A stretch of 64,000 nt of DNA from Chloroflexota bacterium (lineage in GTDB: Bacteria > Chloroflexota > Anaerolineae > Anaerolineales > UBA11858). Numbering within the stretch: the stretch's first letter is position 1; every line of letters starts with the position of its first letter. The translations under genes were made by a program, and so were the position numbers. The notes beneath the pieces were generated by a model. The model did not search any database. It was given only the letters and a program-made list of their open reading frames with translations, and was not told the DNA's origin. This document shows positions 55,584-64,000 of this stretch, in pieces. Location: the NCBI GenBank assembly GCA_016865865.1, contig VGOC01000002.1:22863-86862 (forward strand), written 5' to 3'.

Positions 55584-57245
55584 ATGGGAGCAAGGGCGCA
55601 TGGGAGCAAGTCTGTTGCCATCATCATAATCCTGGCGCTGCTGTCTGCTTGCGTCCGCAACGCCCCCTCTCCCTTGCTCCCCGGCTTCCCCAGCACAAAC
55701 ACACCCTTCCAGCCTCTCCGATGGACGCTGACGCCCGCGCCCACCCAGGCGCCGTCTACGACCCCAAGCCCCACGCTTTCCCCGTATAATATCTGGATCG
55801 CGCCCTACCTGACTGAGTCGCTGCGAGGGGAGATAACGCTCCCCGCGGAATGGGGATACGCCGCCGACCCCGGCGTTGCTGCGCTGCAATTAAAGGCAGG
55901 CGAGGAGAACCGCGTGGGACAGTGGGTGTACGTACTGGCGGCGCCCTTTCCTACGATCATAGACGGAATCTCCGGGGAAGATTTGCACGCTCTTTGGAAA
56001 GGCGAGACGGACGACCTTTTGGGTGGGTCGCCGCTTTGGATGGCTGAATCAACCCTGGAGGCAATCTCTGCATTTTGGGGAGAACCAGCCCCAGGGTTGG
56101 TGCGAACATCCCCGGCCTCGGAGCTGGTGGAGAGAGCCTGGGCAGAGCCGCCCTCCTGGGCGATCCTCCCCTTCGAGGAATTGAATCCTCGTTGGAAAGT
56201 CCTCGAAATAGACGGCATCTCCCCTATCCACAAAGATTTCGACATCAACGATTATGAATTGACCCTCCCTATCTCGCTGATCGGCGATCCGCCGGAAGGG
56301 CTGTACATCCCCGCCATCAATCGCCACCCAGACAAGTTGACTACCCTGGTGATGACCGGCGTCACAGCCCTGGTGCGGGCGACCGCCTTCACCATGGAGC
56401 GTCAGGGAGTGACCTACCCGGCGCTGGACATCGCTCACTGGCTGACGGAGGCCGACATCACCCACATCAGCAACGAGGTGCCCTTCGCTGAAGATTGTCC
56501 TTACCCGAACCCCGTGCAGCAGGACATGCGCTTTTGCAGCCGCGACAAATATATCGGTCTGTTGGAAGAAGTCGGCGCGGACATCGTCGAGTTGACCGGC
56601 GATCACTTCGGCGATTGGGGCGCGGAGGCTATGCTGCATACATTGGAATTATACGACCAGGAAGGCTGGCTGACCTACGGAGGCGGGGCGAACATCCAGG
56701 AGGGGCGGGGGGCGGCGATCATCGAGCATAACGGCAACCGCCTGGCCTTCATCGGCTGCAACGCGAAAGGAGGCGGCTATGCCGGGGCCAGCCAGTCATC
56801 TCCCGGCGCGGCAGGTTGCGACTTCGACTGGATGGCCGCCGAGGTCGAGCGCCTGCGTAGTGAGGGCGTTCTGCCCATCGTGACCTTCCAGCACTTCGAA
56901 TATTACACGTACACGGCTCAGCCCAACCAAGAGCGCGATGCTGAGCGCATGACTGCAGCCGGCGCGCTGATCGTCAGCGGCAGCCAGGCGCACCACCCGC
57001 AGGCCTTCGAGTTCTCTGACGGTGGATTGATCCATCATGGCCTGGGGAATCTCTTCTTCGATCAATTCGACGTCAGCGCCGCCACACGCCAGGCATTCAT
57101 TGACCGGCATGTCTTCTACGATGGCCGGTATATCAGCACGGAACTACTGACGATCATGTTCATTGACTACGCCCGCCCGAGGCCGATGACCGCTGCGGAA
57201 CGTATAGATTTGTTGGAAGCAGTGTTTCAAGCGAGCGGGTGGTAG
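55584..57245 (+). CDS. CapA/PGA_cap-family metallophosphatase-like lipoprotein
   Basis: Lipobox LLSAC, plus CapA-like segments TGDHFGDWG, HNGNRLAFIGC, SGSQAHHPQ and HHGLGNLFFDQ. Confidence 0.75.
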   Translation: MGARAHGSKSVAIIIILALLSACVRNAPSPLLPGFPSTNTPFQPLRWTLTPAPTQAPSTTPSPTLSPYNIWIAPYLTESLRGEITLPAEWGYAADPGVAALQLKAGEENRVGQWVYVLAAPFPTIIDGISGEDLHALWKGETDDLLGGSPLWMAESTLEAISAFWGEPAPGLVRTSPASELVERAWAEPPSWAILPFEELNPRWKVLEIDGISPIHKDFDINDYELTLPISLIGDPPEGLYIPAINRHPDKLTTLVMTGVTALVRATAFTMERQGVTYPALDIAHWLTEADITHISNEVPFAEDCPYPNPVQQDMRFCSRDKYIGLLEEVGADIVELTGDHFGDWGAEAMLHTLELYDQEGWLTYGGGANIQEGRGAAIIEHNGNRLAFIGCNAKGGGYAGASQSSPGAAGCDFDWMAAEVERLRSEGVLPIVTFQHFEYYTYTAQPNQERDAERMTAAGALIVSGSQAHHPQAFEFSDGGLIHHGLGNLFFDQFDVSAATRQAFIDRHVFYDGRYISTELLTIMFIDYARPRPMTAAERIDLLEAVFQASGW

Positions 57246-57392
57246 TGAGGGTAGATTGGTAAATTGGGATTTGGTAAATTGGTAGAAATAATACACGTTC
57301 TCATTCACGAATCTACCCATTTACCAATTCTACCAATCTACCAATTTACCAACTTACCAATTTACCAATCCACCAATCACCAATCCCCAGGC
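57246..57392. repeat. low-complexity 'word' repeat hairpin (GGTAAATTGG vs CCAATTTACC words)
   Basis: GGTAGATTGGTAAATTGGGATTTGGTAAATTGGTAGAA ... TTCTACCAATCTACCAATTTACCAACTTACCAATTTACCAATCCACCAATCACCAATCCCC. Confidence 0.8.
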
Positions 57393-57407
57393 AATAAGGA
57401 GAAAATC

Positions 57408-57962
57408 ATGGGCCTCAAACCCGATCATTGGATCCGCAAAATGGCGCTCGAAAACCGCATGATCGAACCGTTCGAGCCAGGCCAGGTCCGCAATGGCGTC
57501 ATCTCTTACGGCGTCTCATCGTACGGCTACGATATCCGCGTAGCCGATGAATACAAAATATTCACCAACGTTTACTCAGCGATCGTTGATCCAAAACACT
57601 TCGATCCCAATTCGATGGTTGATTTCAAGGGCGATGTTTGCGTGATCCCGCCGAACTCGTTTGCCCTGGCGCGCACGATGGAGTATTTTCGGATTCCGCG
57701 CAATGTGCTTTGTGTTTGTCTGGGAAAATCCACCTACGCGCGCTGTGGGATCATCGTGAATATTACGCCTTTCGAACCCTCCTGGGCTGGCTATGTGACC
57801 CTCGAAATTTCCAACACCACCCCACTGCCCGCCAAAATCTACTCCAACGAAGGGATTGCTCAGGTGTTGTTCTTCGAGGCCGATGAAGAATGCGAAACGT
57901 CCTATGCCGACAAGAAGGGCAAGTACCAGAATCAGCAATCTATTGTATTGCCCACACTATAG
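57408..57962 (+). CDS. dcd: dCTP deaminase
   Basis: [23 protein letters not shown], and the ARCGI...LEISN core. An AAGGAG ribosome-binding site is present. I use the ATG at 57408. Confidence 0.92.
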   Translation: MGLKPDHWIRKMALENRMIEPFEPGQVRNGVISYGVSSYGYDIRVADEYKIFTNVYSAIVDPKHFDPNSMVDFKGDVCVIPPNSFALARTMEYFRIPRNVLCVCLGKSTYARCGIIVNITPFEPSWAGYVTLEISNTTPLPAKIYSNEGIAQVLFFEADEECETSYADKKGKYQNQQSIVLPTL

Positions 57963-58193
57963 AAAACCTCTCACTTTTCACTCTAGCATATTTCGATACC
58001 CATACTGTATAATGGCGATGGTGAGAAATACAGTACATGCAGGTTCGCGCGTACACAGAGCGTGCTATCCCGGTTTTGCGAAGATATGTGCCAGTATTTG
58101 CACCAACGAAAGAATATCCAAAAGCCCATCATCGCACCGACAATGCATCTATTTAATCCAGGAGGTGTGCAAAAAACAATTCGAAAATATCCA

Positions 58194-58222
58194 TTGACTT
58201 CGCCAAAGAGAGAGCCTATCTT
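58194..58222 (+). promoter_or_regulatory. putative sigma70-type promoter for the amino-acid ABC operon
   Basis: TTGACT, a 17-nt spacer and TATCTT, about 105 nt upstream of the ATG at 58327. A second candidate is an extended -10 TGTATAAT at 58006-58013. Assigned by eye only. Confidence 0.35.
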
Positions 58223-58326
58223 CGAACCTGTGGAATCGAATGGGTGTAGGCTGAAATCTTCGAACTGATGCGGCGATCCCTCACGGGGGCTGCCAAATCC
58301 CAAACAACCCAAAGGAGAAATGAGAC

Positions 58327-59370
58327 ATGTCCCGTAAGTTACTTTCCGTTATTCTGGTTTTCACCTTCCTCTTCGCTGCTTTTGTGCCTTCGGCATTAGC
58401 GCAAGAGACCGGCTATGGCACCATCTTAACTCGCGTGTTGGAGCGCGGCAAGGTGGTCTGTGGCATACACACTGAGCTGCTCGGTTTTGGCTACCTGGAC
58501 GCCAATGGTCGCAACGTGGGGTTCGACATTGACCTGTGCCGCGCTGTGGCGGCAGCCGTGCTTGGCGACCCTGAGGCGATCGAACCTGTACCTCTGACCG
58601 CTGCGGATCGTGGCCCCGCTTTACAGACCGGCGAGGTGGATCTGATCACCCGCAACATGACCTGGACTTCCAAGCGCGACGCTGAATGGGGCAACTTCAC
58701 CTGGATTGTGTTCTACGATGGTCAGGGCTTCCTGGTGCGTGCGGATGAGGGCATCCAGACGTTGCAAGACATGGATGGCGCCTCAGTCTGCGTCACCACC
58801 GGCACGACCACCGAGAAGAACCTGGCGACATCTTTTGCCGACGCCGGTTTGACCTACGAGGCAGTCACTTTCGAAGAAACCTCGGCAGTTTACGGCGCTT
58901 ATGAAGAAGGCCGCTGTGATGTCGCCACCAGTGACAAATCGCAGCTGGCGGCGGTGCGCGCTGGTTTCGAGAACCCCGATGACCATGTCATCCTGGATAT
59001 CACCATTTCCAAGGAGCCCCTTACCCCAGCTGTCCCATCGGGCGATGATCAGTGGTTCGACATCGTCAAGGTCGTCATGTGGGCATTGATCAACGCCGAG
59101 GATTATGGCGTCACATCCGCTAACGTCGAGGAGATGAAGGCCAGCGAGGATGCTACTATCCGAATGCTGCTCGGCGTAGAGGGCGACTGGGGCAATGTTC
59201 AACTCGGTCTGGGGGCTGATGCGCTGGCGAATGCCATCGCTGCAGTTGGCAATTATGGTGAGATCTACAACCGCTACTTCGGCGAGGGTGGGCTGGCCTT
59301 TGTATTTCCACGAGGCCTGAACGAACTGTGGTCGAACGGCGGCCTGATCTACGCCCCGCCCATCAAATAA
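58327..59370 (+). CDS. aapJ: general L-amino-acid ABC transporter substrate-binding protein (AapJ/BztA-like)
   Basis: Signal peptide, then GFDIDLCRAVAAAV..TAADR...DLITRNMTW, typical of family-3 SBPs of the Aap/Bzt type. Confidence 0.85.
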   Translation: MSRKLLSVILVFTFLFAAFVPSALAQETGYGTILTRVLERGKVVCGIHTELLGFGYLDANGRNVGFDIDLCRAVAAAVLGDPEAIEPVPLTAADRGPALQTGEVDLITRNMTWTSKRDAEWGNFTWIVFYDGQGFLVRADEGIQTLQDMDGASVCVTTGTTTEKNLATSFADAGLTYEAVTFEETSAVYGAYEEGRCDVATSDKSQLAAVRAGFENPDDHVILDITISKEPLTPAVPSGDDQWFDIVKVVMWALINAEDYGVTSANVEEMKASEDATIRMLLGVEGDWGNVQLGLGADALANAIAAVGNYGEIYNRYFGEGGLAFVFPRGLNELWSNGGLIYAPPIK

Positions 59371-59381
59371 ATCTATTGATG

Positions 59382-59418
59382 AGGTGTGTGCAATCTGCCA
59401 GGCAGGTTGCACACACCT
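59382..59418 (+). promoter_or_regulatory. intercistronic hairpin between the SBP and first permease genes
   Basis: AGGTGTGTGCAA-TCTGCCAGGCAGG-TTGCACACACCT, starting 12 nt after the stop codon. Confidence 0.5.
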
Positions 59419-59435
59419 GCTTGACTCCGGCTTAT

Positions 59436-60623
59436 ATGAGCGTCATTACCGATACGCGCATCCGTCAAAAGATTCCTCTCTGGCGCGACGAGCGCGCCTT
59501 GAAGGCTGTCGCGCAGATTGTTTCCGCTATTATTATCATTGGATTTCTGTATTGGGGTATCTCTAACTTTCTCACGATTACCGAACAGCGTGGTATGCCG
59601 CTGACCTATCAATTCCTGAAGGAGCCAGCCGGCTTTCCGGTCGCCGAATCTTACATCGCCTACGAACCGACCATGTCCTTCGGGCGCGCTTTCACTGTCG
59701 GCCTGGTCAACACCCTGGTTGTTTCTGTCTCGGGCATTGTGCTGGCCACCCTGCTTGGCCTGATCGTCGGCCTGGCGCGCCTTTCTTCTAACTGGTTGGT
59801 CAACCGGACTGCGCTGGCTTTCATCGAGTTTCATCGCAATATTCCCTTACTGGTATTGCTCTTTCTGTGGTACTTTGGCGTGTTTACGCGCTTGCCGCGC
59901 GTCAAAGAGAGCATCATCCTGGCGGGACCGGTGTACATCAACCAGCGTGGCATCTACTTAATCTGGCTCCGGCTTACAGAGACAGGAGGCGTTTTCCTGG
60001 CATTCGCTCTGGTTGGTGTGATGTTGTCTATCACTGCCTGGATGGTGTTGCGCCGCATCCGCGAAACCCATGGGCGCGAGACTTATTTTGGGGGCGTGAG
60101 CCTCGCCATCCTGATCTTGATCCCGTTCATTGGATGGTTTGTCTCTGGCGGAGAGCCTTTTCAACCTAACGAGCCTGTATTGCAGGGTTTCAACTTCCAG
60201 GGTGGGCTGCGCCTGTCTCCCGAATTTGCTGCCCTTCTGATTGGGTTGACCACCTATACGGCTGCGTTCATCGCTGAGGTCTTCCGCGCGGGAATTCTGG
60301 CTGTTCGCAAGGGTCAAATAGAAGCCGCCCGCGCCCTGGGGTTGAAAAACAACCAGGTGCTGAGTCTGATTATTTTGCCCCAGGCGCTGCGGGTGGTCAT
60401 ACCGCCCTTGATCAGCCAATATCTGAACCTGACCAAGAACTCTAGCCTGGCGTTGACCATCGGCTACCAGGAACTCTTCGCCGTCGGGAAGATCACCATC
60501 AACCAGGCTGGACGGGCTGTCCCTGTCTTCCTCATGGTGATGGCAACTTACCTGGTTATCAGCCTGTTGACCTCGCTAATACTGAATATCTACAACCGGC
60601 GCGTTCAATTCATCGAGAAATAG
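59436..60623 (+). CDS. aapQ: amino-acid ABC transporter permease (AapQ/BztB-like)
   Basis: Polytopic protein with an EAA-type loop (EAARALGLKNNQVLSLIILPQALR). I use the ATG at 59436. Confidence 0.88.
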   Translation: MSVITDTRIRQKIPLWRDERALKAVAQIVSAIIIIGFLYWGISNFLTITEQRGMPLTYQFLKEPAGFPVAESYIAYEPTMSFGRAFTVGLVNTLVVSVSGIVLATLLGLIVGLARLSSNWLVNRTALAFIEFHRNIPLLVLLFLWYFGVFTRLPRVKESIILAGPVYINQRGIYLIWLRLTETGGVFLAFALVGVMLSITAWMVLRRIRETHGRETYFGGVSLAILILIPFIGWFVSGGEPFQPNEPVLQGFNFQGGLRLSPEFAALLIGLTTYTAAFIAEVFRAGILAVRKGQIEAARALGLKNNQVLSLIILPQALRVVIPPLISQYLNLTKNSSLALTIGYQELFAVGKITINQAGRAVPVFLMVMATYLVISLLTSLILNIYNRRVQFIEK

Positions 60624-60627
60624 AACC

Positions 60628-61836
60628 ATGTCCGACGCTTCTGAAATCCTGGCTCCCCCATCTCCTCCTGGCTTCTATGAATGGTTGCGAAAGAATTTGT
60701 TCAGCAACTGGTTCAACGCTCTGCTCACCATCTTCTCGCTGGTTTTCTTATACCTGGCCCTCGTGAATGTCATCCGCTGGATGTTTTTCACAGCCGACTG
60801 GCGCCCGGTCACCGGTTCCCCGCTTTTGTTCTTGATCGGTCAATACCCGCGCGACCAACTCTGGCGACCAGGCCTGAGTTTGTTGATTTGCGCTCTGTTG
60901 ATTGGAATGAGTTGGGGAGTCTGGGAACGGTATGTCAAAGCCTTCGCCATTTTTTTAGGAATCTTGCTCGGCGTATTGGCTTTGATCCCGCTGGAGACGC
61001 CCACGATTACACTGGTTGTGCGAGCAGTATTTCTTGTCTGTCCCTTCCTGATTTTTGGGGGCTTTTGGGTGGGACGGCGTTCGGGCGTTCAAGGCCGGCA
61101 TGTGACCACACTTTGGCTGATTGCGGCCATTTTCATCCTGCTGGTGCTTTTACCGGGATTGAGCAGCATCCCTGCCTTGCCCGTGGTGCCAACCACTGCA
61201 TGGGGCGGCCTGCTGGTGACTTTGTTACTGGCGATTGGGGGAATCGTCCTCTCCTTCCCGATTGGGGTGCTGCTGGCGCTCGGGCGGCGTTCCTCGTTGC
61301 CGGTTGTCAAACTGTTTTCGATCCTGTTTATAGAAGTCGTGCGCGGCGTCCCGCTGGTCACGATCTTGTTCATGTTCTCGATCATCCTGACGCTCTTCAT
61401 GCCAGCCGAATCGCGCATAGATCGAATCCTGCGCGCCCTGATGGCCATGGTCTTCTTCAGCGCAGCTTACACAGCCGAGAATGTTCGCGGCGGGTTGCAG
61501 GCCATCCCCGAAGGCCAGGTGGAAGCGGCGAAGGCGTTGGGACTGAGCGGTTTACAAATCACTTCGTTCATCGTCCTCCCCCAGGCACTGCGCCTCGTCA
61601 TCCCCAATATCGTTGGACAGTTTATTTCCCTATTCAAGGATACTACCCTGGTAATTATTGTAGGCATCAACGACTTACTGGGGATCGGCAATGCCGTTCT
61701 GAATCTGCAACCCGATTTCGTCCGGTTACAGATGGAAGTGTACCTGTTTATCACCGCCATCTTTTGGGTTTTCAGCTACTTTATGTCCTACGCCAGCCTG
61801 GAGCTAGAGAAAGCTTTGGGTGTTGGCGAACGCTAA
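60628..61836 (+). CDS. aapM: amino-acid ABC transporter permease (AapM/BztC-like)
   Basis: Polytopic protein with an EAA loop (EAAKALGLSGLQITSFIVLPQALR). Confidence 0.88.
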   Translation: MSDASEILAPPSPPGFYEWLRKNLFSNWFNALLTIFSLVFLYLALVNVIRWMFFTADWRPVTGSPLLFLIGQYPRDQLWRPGLSLLICALLIGMSWGVWERYVKAFAIFLGILLGVLALIPLETPTITLVVRAVFLVCPFLIFGGFWVGRRSGVQGRHVTTLWLIAAIFILLVLLPGLSSIPALPVVPTTAWGGLLVTLLLAIGGIVLSFPIGVLLALGRRSSLPVVKLFSILFIEVVRGVPLVTILFMFSIILTLFMPAESRIDRILRALMAMVFFSAAYTAENVRGGLQAIPEGQVEAAKALGLSGLQITSFIVLPQALRLVIPNIVGQFISLFKDTTLVIIVGINDLLGIGNAVLNLQPDFVRLQMEVYLFITAIFWVFSYFMSYASLELEKALGVGER

Positions 61837-61866
61837 TTGCTTGATGTTCAGGTCAAGGAGAAACAC

Positions 61867-62625
61867 ATGGGAGAAAACCAAGAAAAAAACGAGCCGATCA
61901 TCCTCTGCAAAGATGTGCATAAATGGTTCGATGATTTCCATGCTTTGCGCGGGATAAGTATGGAAGTGCAGCTTCGAGAAGTGGTAGTCATCTTTGGGCC
62001 TTCCGGCTCCGGCAAATCAACTTTCATCCGTACCCTCAACAGATTAGAGGAACATCAGCGCGGCCAGATCATCGTAGATGGCATCGAACTCTCCCACGAT
62101 GTGCGTAATATCGAGCGCATCCGCATGGAAACAGGGATGGTTTTCCAGCAATTCAACCTGTTCCCTCACCTGAGTGTACTGCAAAATATCACGCTTGCTC
62201 CCATCTGGGTGCGAAAATGGACCAAAGATCAAGCCGAAGAGGTCGCCATGCAGCTTTTGGAGCGAGTCGGCATCCCTGAGCAGGCCAGGAAATTTCCCGG
62301 CCAACTTTCGGGGGGGCAGCAACAACGCGTGGCGATTGCCCGCGCCCTTGCCATGCAGCCCAAGATCATGCTCTTCGATGAACCTACTTCCGCTCTGGAC
62401 CCCGAGATGATCAAAGAAGTATTGGATGTTATGATCGAACTGGCCCGAAGCGGCATGACGATGTTAGTGGTTACCCACGAGATGGGCTTTGCCCGGGGGG
62501 TTGCTGACCGCATGTATTTCTTCGATGAGGGCCTGATCGTCGAAAGCGGCTCCCCCGACGATATTTTCAATAACCCCCGTGAAGACCGCACCAAACTCTT
62601 CCTATCCCAGATTCTGCATCACTGA
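61867..62625 (+). CDS. aapP: amino-acid ABC transporter ATP-binding protein (AapP/GlnQ-like)
   Basis: Walker [25 protein letters not shown] and [13 protein letters not shown]. The ATG at 61867 has an AAGGAG ribosome-binding site. Confidence 0.93.
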   Translation: MGENQEKNEPIILCKDVHKWFDDFHALRGISMEVQLREVVVIFGPSGSGKSTFIRTLNRLEEHQRGQIIVDGIELSHDVRNIERIRMETGMVFQQFNLFPHLSVLQNITLAPIWVRKWTKDQAEEVAMQLLERVGIPEQARKFPGQLSGGQQQRVAIARALAMQPKIMLFDEPTSALDPEMIKEVLDVMIELARSGMTMLVVTHEMGFARGVADRMYFFDEGLIVESGSPDDIFNNPREDRTKLFLSQILHH

Positions 62626-62670
62626 CATTACAGCGCTAGGTCAGAAAAAATCCAGGCCAATTAAGCGCCT

Positions 62671-62756
62671 CCACCCCCCTTTTCTCCCCCCATTATCGCC
62701 ATCGCTTGTCTGATGAAACAGCTTTTTGGGGGCGAAAATGGGGGACAGAGGGGGGT
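62671..62756. repeat. C-rich/G-rich inverted repeat
   Basis: CCACCCCCCTTTTCTCCCCCCATTATCGCC ... GGCGAAAATGGGGGACAGAGGGGGGT. A half copy (GGCGGCGAAGATGGGGGGACAGAGGGGGGTC) lies at 18297-18327. Confidence 0.6.
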
Positions 62757-62856
62757 ACAGGATGTCAAGTCAACGACGTAAATGCCTATCCAAAATTTCG
62801 TTTCACGTTTTACTCGTCCACCATAGAACATGAAACACAAAAACAAAGGAGCTTAC

Positions 62857-64000
62857 ATGTCCAATCCCATATATAAAACCATGGGGCAGCAGTTTGGTCG
62901 TCGTTCCTGGGCAGAGCCATGGAAGATCAAGATGGTGGAGCCCATCCGCATGATTTCGGCGGAAGAACGCCTCGAAGCCTGCCAGGACGCGGGCTACAAC
63001 ACCTTCCTGATGCGTTCCGAAGATGTATACATTGACTTGCTGACCGACAGCGGCACCAGCGCCATGAGCGACCGCCAATGGGCTGGCATCATGATGGGCG
63101 ACGAGGCCTACGCTGGAAGCCGCAACTTCTACAACCTGGAAGCCGCCGTACGAAAATACTACGGCTATAAGTATGTCATCCCCACACACCAGGGGCGCGG
63201 CGCTGAACACCTGATCAGCCAGGCGACGATCACCAAGGGCGACTACATCCCCGGCAATATGTATTTCACCACCACCCGTCTGCACCAGGAATTGGCCGGA
63301 GGGACCTTCGTGGATGTGATCATAGATGAAGCCCACGATCCCACCAACCAGCATCCCTTCAAGGGCAACGTAGACCTCGATAAAATGAAAGCCCTGGTGG
63401 ACAAAGTCGGGGCGGACAGGATTCCCTATGTCAGCCTGGCAGGCACGGTCAATATGGCCGGCGGGCAGCCGGTCAGCATGGACAACGTGAAGGCCTTGCG
63501 AGCATTCTGCGACAAACACGGCCTCCGCATCTATCTGGATGCCACCCGCATGTACGAAAACGCCTTCTTCATCCAGGAGCGGGAAGAGGGGTACAAAGAT
63601 AAGTCCGTCGCTGAGATCTTATTCGAATTCTGCAGCTATACCGACGGGGCCTGGATGAGCGCCAAAAAGGATCACCTGGTCAACATCGGCGGATGGCTGG
63701 CGGTCAACCAGGAGGATGTCGCCGAACGCGCCCGGAACCTGGTGGTGGTCTACGAGGGGCTGCATACTTACGGAGGCATGGCCGGTCGCGACATGGAAGC
63801 CCTGGCCATCGGCATCGAGGAAGGCGTGAAGGATGACCATGTGGCCGCGCGCGTTCGCCAGGTGCGTTACCTGGGCAAGCTGTTATTGGATTGGGGTATC
63901 CCGATCATGGAGCCTATTGGCGGGCATGCGATCTTCGTGGATGCCAGGCGATTCTACGAGCACATCCCCCAGGATCAATTCCCAGCCCAGACGCTGGCCG
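62857..64000 (+). CDS. tpl: tyrosine phenol-lyase / tryptophanase-family PLP enzyme, 3-prime end outside the window (absent from the supplied ORF track)
   Basis: My translation reads MSNPIYKTMGQQFGRRSWAEPWKIKMVEP...YIDLLTDSGTSAMSDRQWAGIMMGDEAYAGSRNFY...PTHQGRGAEH...NMYFTTTRLHQ...MSAKKDHLVNIGG...VVVYEGLHTYGGMAGRDMEALAIG...FPAQTLA. An AAAGGAG ribosome-binding site is present. The frame stays open to the window end. FTTT (not FDTT) and KKDxLVNIGG resemble TPL more than TnaA. Confidence 0.85.
   Translation, partial: MSNPIYKTMGQQFGRRSWAEPWKIKMVEPIRMISAEERLEACQDAGYNTFLMRSEDVYIDLLTDSGTSAMSDRQWAGIMMGDEAYAGSRNFYNLEAAVRKYYGYKYVIPTHQGRGAEHLISQATITKGDYIPGNMYFTTTRLHQELAGGTFVDVIIDEAHDPTNQHPFKGNVDLDKMKALVDKVGADRIPYVSLAGTVNMAGGQPVSMDNVKALRAFCDKHGLRIYLDATRMYENAFFIQEREEGYKDKSVAEILFEFCSYTDGAWMSAKKDHLVNIGGWLAVNQEDVAERARNLVVVYEGLHTYGGMAGRDMEALAIGIEEGVKDDHVAARVRQVRYLGKLLLDWGIPIMEPIGGHAIFVDARRFYEHIPQDQFPAQTLA

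Noticed and set aside
54762-55889. 375-aa minus-strand ORF
   Set aside because: It is antisense to the M23 peptidase and the start of the CapA-like gene, both of which have clear family motifs. It is a shadow ORF.
58001-58035. LexA/SOS-box-like palindrome TACTGTAT..ATACAGTA near dcd
   Set aside because: The spacing between CTGT and ACAG is about 21 nt, not the 8 nt of the E. coli-type box. It also does not match the GAAC-N4-GTTC type. It is kept only as part of the leader observation.
60681-61844. 387-aa plus-strand ORF in an alternative frame
   Set aside because: It lies on the same strand but out of frame with the AapM-like permease, which has TM helices and an EAA loop. The alternative frame is Arg/Pro/Gly-rich with no features.
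62803-63840. Minus-strand ORFs 62803-63519 and 63619-63840
   Set aside because: They are antisense shadows of the unlisted plus-strand tyrosine phenol-lyase-like gene. That gene has a ribosome-binding site and full-length family similarity.

Overview
This is a 64-kb chromosomal window from a moderately GC-rich bacterium. Protein style and gene content suggest a Chloroflexota/Anaerolineae-like organism, but that is inference only. I support about 58 protein-coding genes, mostly housekeeping.

Gene content in map order:
- A replication module: dnaB, a DnaD-domain protein, and an internally duplicated DnaC-like loader.
- An FTR1 iron permease.
- An alkaline-phosphatase-superfamily / sulfatase-like operon.
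- A P-type cation ATPase, next to a decayed transposase fragment.
- A HisKA_3 kinase, lspA-rluD, threonine aldolase, purine nucleoside phosphorylase and a GNAT.
- Two 7TM-GAF sensors (one with an HTH output, one with a class III cyclase output) flanking an S1-domain protein and comEA.
- vapBC translationally coupled to ybaK, followed by ridA.
- A MacB/YknYZ-type exporter with two adaptor paralogues.
- gyrA and birA.
- A complete CysO-type cysteine pathway cluster (moeZ-cysO-mec-cysM).
- An M32 carboxypeptidase, a 2-hydroxyacid dehydrogenase and an OmpR-type two-component system.
- A HEPN-MNT pair beside a truncated hydrolase.
- uvrB, a fused formiminotransferase-cyclodeaminase, an M23 peptidase, a CapA-like lipoprotein and dcd.
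- An AapJQMP-type amino-acid importer.
- A tyrosine phenol-lyase/tryptophanase-family gene that runs off the 3-prime edge and is missing from the supplied ORF track.

I saw no rRNA, tRNA or CRISPR array.

The strongest unexplained signal is non-coding. Almost every longer intergenic gap carries palindromic repeat elements.
- Two families are flanked by perfect site-specific 8-bp direct duplications, so they behave as MITEs. One is 111 bp with GTAAC..GTTAC ends. The other is 92-113 bp with GTATC..GATAC ends.
- These families show core swapping and one chimera.
- They sit alongside other hairpin families and low-complexity 'word' repeats. One word repeat forms the in-frame linker of a fused enzyme.

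I did not recognise a clear novel multi-gene defence-type system. The accessory content is limited to vapBC, HEPN-MNT, the transposase remnant and the MITEs.
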